The notes below the pieces were generated by a model. The model was not told the origin of the DNA. It was given only the letters and a program-made list of their open reading frames with translations, and ran no database searches. DNA of 64,000 nucleotides, from contig CAXXGI010000003.1 of assembly GCA_963674695.2 (NCBI GenBank), forward strand, positions 704,001-768,000, in the 5' to 3' direction. Positions 58,205 through 64,000 of this stretch are shown here, in pieces. The translations under genes were made by a program, and so were the position numbers. How positions within the stretch are numbered: the stretch's first letter is position 1; each line of letters begins with the position of its first letter. Source of the stretch: a bacterium (GTDB lineage: Bacteria > UBA10199 > 2-02-FULL-44-16 > JAAZCA01).

Positions 58205-60298
58205 ATGGCGGACACCCCCTCCCAGCAACAGACCATCGGCCAATACTACCTCATGGAGAAGATCGCCCAGGGGGGAATGGCCGAAATCTTCAAGGGGCTC
58301 TCCTACGATGTCCATGGGTTGAAGAAGACCGTCTGCATCAAGCGCATCCTCCCGCGGCTGGCCGAAGACAAGGAATTCATCGACTCGCTCATCGACGAGG
58401 CCAAGATCGCCGTTCGCCTCGTGCACGGCAACATCGCCCAGACCTTCGACCTGGGAAAGGTGGGCGACGACTACTTCATGGTCATGGAATTCGTCGACGG
58501 CAAAAGCCTGTCGCAGATCCATAAGAAGTGTCTGGCCAAGGGCACGATGATCCCGATCCCCTTCCTGCTCTATTTCATCACGGAGTCCCTCGGCGGCCTG
58601 GACTATATCCACCGGCGCACCGATCAGGAGGGCACGCCGCTGAACATCGTCCACCGCGACATCAGTCCACAGAACATCATGGTCTCCTTTTCGGGGACCG
58701 TGAAGATCATCGATTTCGGCATTGCCAAGTCGCGCTTCAAGGCCGGCTCCACCGACTCGGGGCTGCTCAAGGGCAAGTTCGCCTACATGTCGCCCGAACA
58801 GGCCTACGGTGAACAGCTCGACCACCGCTCCGACCTCTTCTCGCTGGCCGTCATCCTGCACGAAATGCTCACGGGCAAACGCCTGTTCAAGGCCGAGGAC
58901 AACCGACAGACCATCCGCAACGTCCGGCGCACCAAGGTCGACCCGCCGTCGAGCTTTCGCGGCGACATCCCCGAAGAACTCGACCGCATCGTGCTGCACG
59001 GGCTGGCCAAGGACCGTCGGCATCGCTATGGCTTCGCTTCAGAGATGCGCGATGACCTGACGAAGTTTTTTCACCGCACCTATCCGGAGTTCCAGTCCTC
59101 CGATGCCGCAGCGTTCGTGCGAGAACTCTTTGCCGACGACATCGCCACCCAGTCCGAAGAGGATGCCGACGGAAAGACGCCCCACCTCATCATCGATCAC
59201 ACCAACTCGGCACTGGCCGACGATAGCCAGTTCGAGGCGACCGGCGTGGCCCGCGCGCCGGTCGACATGCGCGAATACATGCTCGACGAGCATACCGGCC
59301 CGCGTCGTCCGGAGCCGAGAGCGGAGCAGGCCGATGAGGAGGAGAGCCAATCGACCGCTCGCCGCCAACTCGAAGATTTCGCCCCATCGGACGAGGAAGA
59401 CGAACATTATGACGAAGCGGAAGAAGCGCTTGAGGCGGGTGATGAGGGCGAAGCGGAGGAGCAGGAACGGACGCGTCGCCGCTGGGTCCCCTGGGTCGCG
59501 GGCATCCTCGGATTTGGCATCGCCGCCACCATCGGGGCCGTGCTGCTCACCCGCGCAAAGACTGCCCCTCCTCATCCGGGACTGATATCCACCTTCGGCG
59601 AGATCATGGTCGTGACCGACCCCTCCGATGCGCGCGTCCTGCTCGACGGCGAACTCATGGGGAGCGGCTCGCCCGTCACGCTGCGCGACGTGAGGCCTGA
59701 AACCGATCACGTGCTGGCCGTCCAGAAGGAGGGCTTCACGCCGCACGAACGCAAACTCCGCCTGCGTGCCGGTGATTTCCTGAGCTTTCAGGTAACGCTC
59801 ACGCCGGCCATGCTGCCGACGGGGACCATCCTTCTCGAGACCACGCCCAAGGGGGCGACCGTCTTTCTCGACGACCGCGAGACCAGCCACCGCACCCCGG
59901 CCACGCTCGATGAGCTGAAGGCGGGAAAACGCTACCGGCTGGGCCTCTACCTGGATGGCCATCGTTTCTGGTCGAAACAGATCGAGCTCAAGGGGGGCGA
60001 AACCAAGACCTTCGACGTCCAGATGACGCCCGACTACGGTTCGGTGCGCGTCGAATCCGAGCCCACCGGGGCGCTCGTCGTGATGGGCGGCGTGCCCGTG
60101 GGACAGACGCCGCTCAAACGCGACAACCTCGAACCGGGGCGCATCTACCAGATCGAAGTCTGGCATGAGGGTTTCGAACACGCCAAGCGCGAGTTCAAGA
60201 CGATCGCCGGCCGCGAGGAGACCATCCGTATCCTTCTGGAACGCGAGGATACCCCCGCTCAGCGAGAGTTCCTCAAACGCACGAAGAAAAGACCTTGA
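58205..60298 (+). CDS. Membrane Ser/Thr protein kinase with extracytoplasmic PEGA domains
   Basis: IAQGGMAEIF, VCIKRI, VHRDISPQN, DFGIAK, YMSPEQ; acidic linker; one TM; three PEGA-like repeats (TDPSDARVLLDG, TTPKGATVFLDD, SEPTGALVVMGG). Confidence 0.92.
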   Translation: MADTPSQQQTIGQYYLMEKIAQGGMAEIFKGLSYDVHGLKKTVCIKRILPRLAEDKEFIDSLIDEAKIAVRLVHGNIAQTFDLGKVGDDYFMVMEFVDGKSLSQIHKKCLAKGTMIPIPFLLYFITESLGGLDYIHRRTDQEGTPLNIVHRDISPQNIMVSFSGTVKIIDFGIAKSRFKAGSTDSGLLKGKFAYMSPEQAYGEQLDHRSDLFSLAVILHEMLTGKRLFKAEDNRQTIRNVRRTKVDPPSSFRGDIPEELDRIVLHGLAKDRRHRYGFASEMRDDLTKFFHRTYPEFQSSDAAAFVRELFADDIATQSEEDADGKTPHLIIDHTNSALADDSQFEATGVARAPVDMREYMLDEHTGPRRPEPRAEQADEEESQSTARRQLEDFAPSDEEDEHYDEAEEALEAGDEGEAEEQERTRRRWVPWVAGILGFGIAATIGAVLLTRAKTAPPHPGLISTFGEIMVVTDPSDARVLLDGELMGSGSPVTLRDVRPETDHVLAVQKEGFTPHERKLRLRAGDFLSFQVTLTPAMLPTGTILLETTPKGATVFLDDRETSHRTPATLDELKAGKRYRLGLYLDGHRFWSKQIELKGGETKTFDVQMTPDYGSVRVESEPTGALVVMGGVPVGQTPLKRDNLEPGRIYQIEVWHEGFEHAKREFKTIAGREETIRILLEREDTPAQREFLKRTKKRP

Positions 60299-60334
60299 AC
60301 AATCGAGGCAAGCCGGTACACTCCGCGAACTCTT

Positions 60335-61249
60335 ATGACCGCCAAACGCAAAAAACCCGACAACACCGAGGACGCTTTCGAGCGGACCGTCGTGACCTCG
60401 ATCGAAAAGGTCGCCTGTCCGAAGGATGAACGCGCTTATATCCTCTTCATCGCCGGACCGCTCATCGGAAAGATGTACCTGCTCGAACGCGCGGAGACGA
60501 CCATCGGGCGTGCGGACGATGCCGATATCACCATCCGCGACCCGCGCATCTCTCGCGAACACGTCTGCATCAACGTCACGCCGGGACGAATCAGCATCAT
60601 CGATCTCGACTCGACCAACGGCACGTTCGTCAACGGGGAACGGGTCACTAAGGTAATCCTCGAAAACGGCGACAAGATCCATCTCTCGAGCGACACCCTC
60701 TTCAAGTTTGCCGTGGGCGATGAAGCCGAAGGCCTCTTCTATAAAGAGATGGAGCAGATGGCCAACTACGACGCCGTCACGGGCATTGCCAACAAGCACG
60801 TCTTCAGCCGTCGTATGAAGGAGGAGTTCAGCTTCGCCAAGCGCACGAAGTGGCCGCTTTCCTTCCTCATGATCGACATCGACTTCTTCAAGAAGGTCAA
60901 CGACACCTACGGCCACATGGCTGGCGATTACGTCCTCACCGGCGTGGCCCAGCGCATTCAAGAAGCGGTTCGCGACGAAGACATTCTGGCGCGCCTCGGC
61001 GGCGAGGAGTTCGGCGTGATCCTGCGCGGCATCGACAAACCCGGTGCGGTCACGCTTGCCGAGCGCATCTGCCAATCGATCGAGGCCAAACCCTTTCGTT
61101 TCGAAAACCAGAAAATCTCCGTCACCATCTCCATCGGCGTGGCCACCCTCGCCGGAGACAATTTCGCCAAAGCCAAGGAACTGCTCGCGCACGCCGATGA
61201 ATGCCTCTATGTCTCGAAGGAGAACGGCCGCAACCGCGTCACCGCCTGA
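60335..61249 (+). CDS. FHA-GGDEF diguanylate cyclase (DgcB-like)
   Basis: FHA motifs IGR, ISREH, DLDSTNGTFVNG; GGDEF domain DIDFFKKVNDTYGH..GD, RDED I-site, RLGGEEF. Confidence 0.92.
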   Translation: MTAKRKKPDNTEDAFERTVVTSIEKVACPKDERAYILFIAGPLIGKMYLLERAETTIGRADDADITIRDPRISREHVCINVTPGRISIIDLDSTNGTFVNGERVTKVILENGDKIHLSSDTLFKFAVGDEAEGLFYKEMEQMANYDAVTGIANKHVFSRRMKEEFSFAKRTKWPLSFLMIDIDFFKKVNDTYGHMAGDYVLTGVAQRIQEAVRDEDILARLGGEEFGVILRGIDKPGAVTLAERICQSIEAKPFRFENQKISVTISIGVATLAGDNFAKAKELLAHADECLYVSKENGRNRVTA

Positions 61250-61272
61250 CCCTGGTCAATTCTAGTCTGTGC

Positions 61273-61299
61273 GCAACTTTTTCATCATCGTGTCGATAA
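61273..61299 (+). promoter_or_regulatory. Sigma-28-like promoter P6 (GCAAC-N15-TCGATAA), probably leaderless
   Basis: tgcGCAACtttttcatcatcgtgTCGATAAttgaaccATG; the ATG is 7 nt after the -10 box and no SD is visible. Confidence 0.7.
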
Positions 61300-61306
61300 T
61301 TGAACC

Positions 61307-62404
61307 ATGAGTGACCCCATTACGGCATTCACAAAACAAGCGGCGATTGATGATGAAGGAGCGATTGCTCGCGCCGAGAGACATCTCAATATGCTCGACG
61401 GTTCGGACGAGATTCATGTTGGCTCCAGCATCAACATCTCCTGCAACCCCGCCCGCGACATATACAAACGCTGCTCTATCAACACCCATCAAAGTTACAA
61501 CGCCATTGATTCTACGCTGGAGAGCACACCCGAGCACCTCCACAAACGGTTTTTCGATCTCCTGCAACCGCTCTCCTCCGACTCGTATGGAACCAATCCG
61601 GCCAAGACCCGTGACGCCTTGTTCGGGCGCCTGCTTTTCTTCAATGAATTTAAAAAACGCAGATACCACGCAGCCGACATGGCCCACGAACCCTATCCGA
61701 AATTCATGACCGGAAGCTTCGCTGAACTCGCGGAGTACCAAGCTCGACTCGAACAGAGCATCCGCATCTATATCGCCGGCAGCGACCTCGACAAGACTGC
61801 TGTGCGCGCGGAATACGACCGCCTCTGGGCACCCATCCGGGAGATGAATCAGCAAATCGAAGAACGCACGCGCATGAGCGTTCCCACCGATCTGCGCGAT
61901 GAGATGGGTCTGCTTCTCAAAGAGATCGCGCGGATCGATTTCGCGGATCAGTCGCCGGAGGGGATCGAGCGCCTGCGCAGCCTCTCGATGGCGATCGAGC
62001 AGTGGGACGACCTGCGCCAGGCGCGAGCGATCGTTCTCCTCGAAGCATTCGCCCCGAATGCCGCCGTGCACGTGTACAGCCAGATCCGCGCGTCGAGTTG
62101 GGAGATCGTCGATGAACTGGGCGCCGCGCGTTTCTCGTGGACGGACCACGTCCCCAATAACGCACGCACGCTGGCACTTGCGAAGTTCTTCCTCCTCGGT
62201 TCGCCGATGAACAGCGACGGTGAACTTCGTATCGTCGGCGAACACGAAAACGGCTGGCTGCGCATCGAGGGAGCCTTCAAGAACGCCTCCGACCGATTCC
62301 CCCCCGTCATCGACGCCCGCCTCGATGTCCTCAAGACGCAGTCGTTCCTGCAGAGCCTCTCGAAGGAGCTCGGCGTAACCGACCTCCTCAGACAACGATT
62401 CTGA
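61307..62404 (+). CDS. Orphan helical hypothetical protein
   Basis: 365-aa ORF filling the gap between the cyclase and folD; no signal peptide or recognisable motif. Confidence 0.65.
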   Translation: MSDPITAFTKQAAIDDEGAIARAERHLNMLDGSDEIHVGSSINISCNPARDIYKRCSINTHQSYNAIDSTLESTPEHLHKRFFDLLQPLSSDSYGTNPAKTRDALFGRLLFFNEFKKRRYHAADMAHEPYPKFMTGSFAELAEYQARLEQSIRIYIAGSDLDKTAVRAEYDRLWAPIREMNQQIEERTRMSVPTDLRDEMGLLLKEIARIDFADQSPEGIERLRSLSMAIEQWDDLRQARAIVLLEAFAPNAAVHVYSQIRASSWEIVDELGAARFSWTDHVPNNARTLALAKFFLLGSPMNSDGELRIVGEHENGWLRIEGAFKNASDRFPPVIDARLDVLKTQSFLQSLSKELGVTDLLRQRF

Positions 62405-62425
62405 CGCCCGAGCGACCCGACTTCA

Positions 62426-62526
62426 CAAAAGTGGTCAAAACCCTACCACTACGAATGGCCTTCGGAGTGGTCAATTTGCTACCAGTACGAACGGCTTCTG
62501 TAGTGGTAGGGTTTTGACCACTTTTG
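62426..62526. repeat. Family C palindrome with 27-bp perfect arms
   Basis: caaaagtggtcaaaaccctaccactac ... gtagtggtagggttttgaccacttttg, with an internal degenerate extra unit. Confidence 0.85.
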
Positions 62527-62614
62527 CCCCTTCACCCCGCGCCCAACCGTTGACATTTCGTCCCGCGAGGAATAGGTCGTAGTCCTTCTTTTCCCCCTAT
62601 TATCGGGAGGTTCG

Positions 62615-63466
62615 ATGGCTCAGATCCTGGACGGCAAGGCACTGGCGGCGGAGATCCGTGAGGGGCTGGGGCGCGAAGCCAGCGCACTGGCGCAAAACGG
62701 TATCACGCCTGGGCTTGCGGTCGTCCTCGTCGGCCAAAATCCGGCCAGCCAGGTCTATGTGCGGATGAAGCGCAAGGCCTGCGCCAAGGCGGGAATTGCC
62801 GCCATCGACCATGACCTCCCCGCCGAGACGAGCGAGGACACGCTCCTCCAACTCATCGACCAGCTCAACGCCGACCCGAAGATCCACGGCATCCTGGTAC
62901 AGCTGCCGCTGCCGAAGCAGATCGACGAGGCGCGCGTGATCGAGCGGATCGATCCAGCCAAGGATGTCGACGGTTTTCATCCGGTCAACGTCGGACTCCT
63001 CGCGACGGGAAAGCCCTGTTTCGTCTCCTGCACGCCGGCGGGCATCATGGAACTGATCGACCTGGCAGGGATCGACATCGTGGGCAAGCGCGCCGTCGTG
63101 CTCGGGCGCAGCAACATCGTGGGCAAACCGGTCGCGGCACTCCTGCTCGCGCGCCATGCGACGGTCACGATCTGTCATTCGCGCACCGAAGACCTCGCGG
63201 GAGAGATCGCCCGCGCCGACATCGTTGTGGCCGCCATCGGCCAACCGGAGTTCGTCAAGGGTTCCTGGATCAAACCGGGCGCCACTGTCATCGATGTCGG
63301 CATCAACCGCTTGGACGATGGCCGTCTCGTCGGCGATGTCGAATTCGACGCGGCAGCCGAACGCGCCGACGCCATCACCCCGGTTCCCGGCGGCGTCGGA
63401 CCGATGACGATTGCAATGCTGTTGAAAAATACGGTTGAGGCGGCAAAGCGTACAACAGTTCGATAG
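62615..63466 (+). CDS. folD: Methylenetetrahydrofolate dehydrogenase/cyclohydrolase
   Basis: [45 protein letters not shown]. Confidence 0.97.
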   Translation: MAQILDGKALAAEIREGLGREASALAQNGITPGLAVVLVGQNPASQVYVRMKRKACAKAGIAAIDHDLPAETSEDTLLQLIDQLNADPKIHGILVQLPLPKQIDEARVIERIDPAKDVDGFHPVNVGLLATGKPCFVSCTPAGIMELIDLAGIDIVGKRAVVLGRSNIVGKPVAALLLARHATVTICHSRTEDLAGEIARADIVVAAIGQPEFVKGSWIKPGATVIDVGINRLDDGRLVGDVEFDAAAERADAITPVPGGVGPMTIAMLLKNTVEAAKRTTVR

Positions 63467-63502
63467 TTCGTCAGTCGAACCATCGAACCAAAGGAGACAA
63501 TC

Positions 63503-64000
63503 GTGTCCAGAAAAACACCCCTCTACGACGAACATGTACGACTCGGCGGAAAAATCGTCGACTTCGCGGGATGGGAGATGCCCGTGCAATACTCGGGCGT
63601 CATCGATGAGCACAAGGCCGTGCGTGAGGCCGCGGGGCTCTTCGACGTCTCCCACATGGGCGAGCTGGAGTTCAAGGGCCCGGACGCCGAGGCCGCCCTC
63701 CAGTATCTCACCACCAACGATGTAACGAAGATGACCGACGGGCGCGCGCAGTATTCGATCCTCTGCAACGAGCGCGGAACGGTGGTCGATGACATCATCG
63801 TCTATCGCTTCAACCCGCATCATTATATGCTCGTCGTCAACGCCTCGAACGCCGAGAAGGATTTCCAGTGGTGCAAAGCCCATCTCAAAGGGGACGTCAC
63901 GCTGACCGACCGCAGCGACGCATTCGCGTTGATTGCCTTTCAGGGACCGAAAGCGCCGGAAATTTTGGCCACGCTCACCGATCTCCCGGTCGCTGACATG
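63503..64000 (+). CDS. gcvT: Glycine cleavage system T protein (partial, runs off window end)
   Basis: Manual translation from the GTG after AAGGAG: [54 protein letters not shown]...VVNASN..QGP. Confidence 0.95.
   Translation, partial: MSRKTPLYDEHVRLGGKIVDFAGWEMPVQYSGVIDEHKAVREAAGLFDVSHMGELEFKGPDAEAALQYLTTNDVTKMTDGRAQYSILCNERGTVVDDIIVYRFNPHHYMLVVNASNAEKDFQWCKAHLKGDVTLTDRSDAFALIAFQGPKAPEILATLTDLPVADM

Noticed and set aside
59039-61192. 717-aa minus-strand ORF (and similar long ORFs at 39258..41021, 42252..43910, 27604..28980, 47075..48523, 62600..63883)
   Set aside because: Antisense shadows of well-supported genes in high-GC DNA; no motifs of their own.

Overview
GC-rich bacterial chromosomal segment; gene content points to a deltaproteobacteria-like lineage (Myxococcota/Bdellovibrionota/UBA10199-type, inferred). 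The backbone is housekeeping: rpsB-tsf-pyrH-frr-uppS-cdsA-dxr, thiolase, DnaJ-class chaperone, dcd, mtgA, tRNA-Lys/Glu/Arg, pfkA, purA/argF/hslUV/xerC/topA/dprA/ihfB/purF, apt-nlpD-pcm-surE, purMN, folD and gcvT. Orphan and envelope genes are interspersed. The most notable signal is a repeated promoter-like motif, GCAAC-N15-YCGATAR (sigma-28 geometry with a changed -35 box). It sits in the correct orientation just upstream of five accessory genes, with a degenerate sixth copy. The targets are two acidic/basic bipartite orphans, an XRE-HTH orphan, a CPAF-like S41 protease, another orphan and (degenerate copy) a Ca-binding surface protein. Other points of interest are a 59-aa bacterial histone (Bd0055/HBb-like) missed by the ORF track, an orphan FlhB/SctU with NPVE instead of NPTH, a Ser/Thr kinase next to a DgcB-like FHA-GGDEF cyclase, a PurF lacking Cys1, and an EIIA-PII-double antiporter operon. 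Intergenic DNA is dense with nested palindromic repeats/MITEs and 7-9 bp tandem arrays that often begin at stop codons. No CRISPR array, prophage or transposase was seen. All calls come from reading the sequence by eye; no searches were run.
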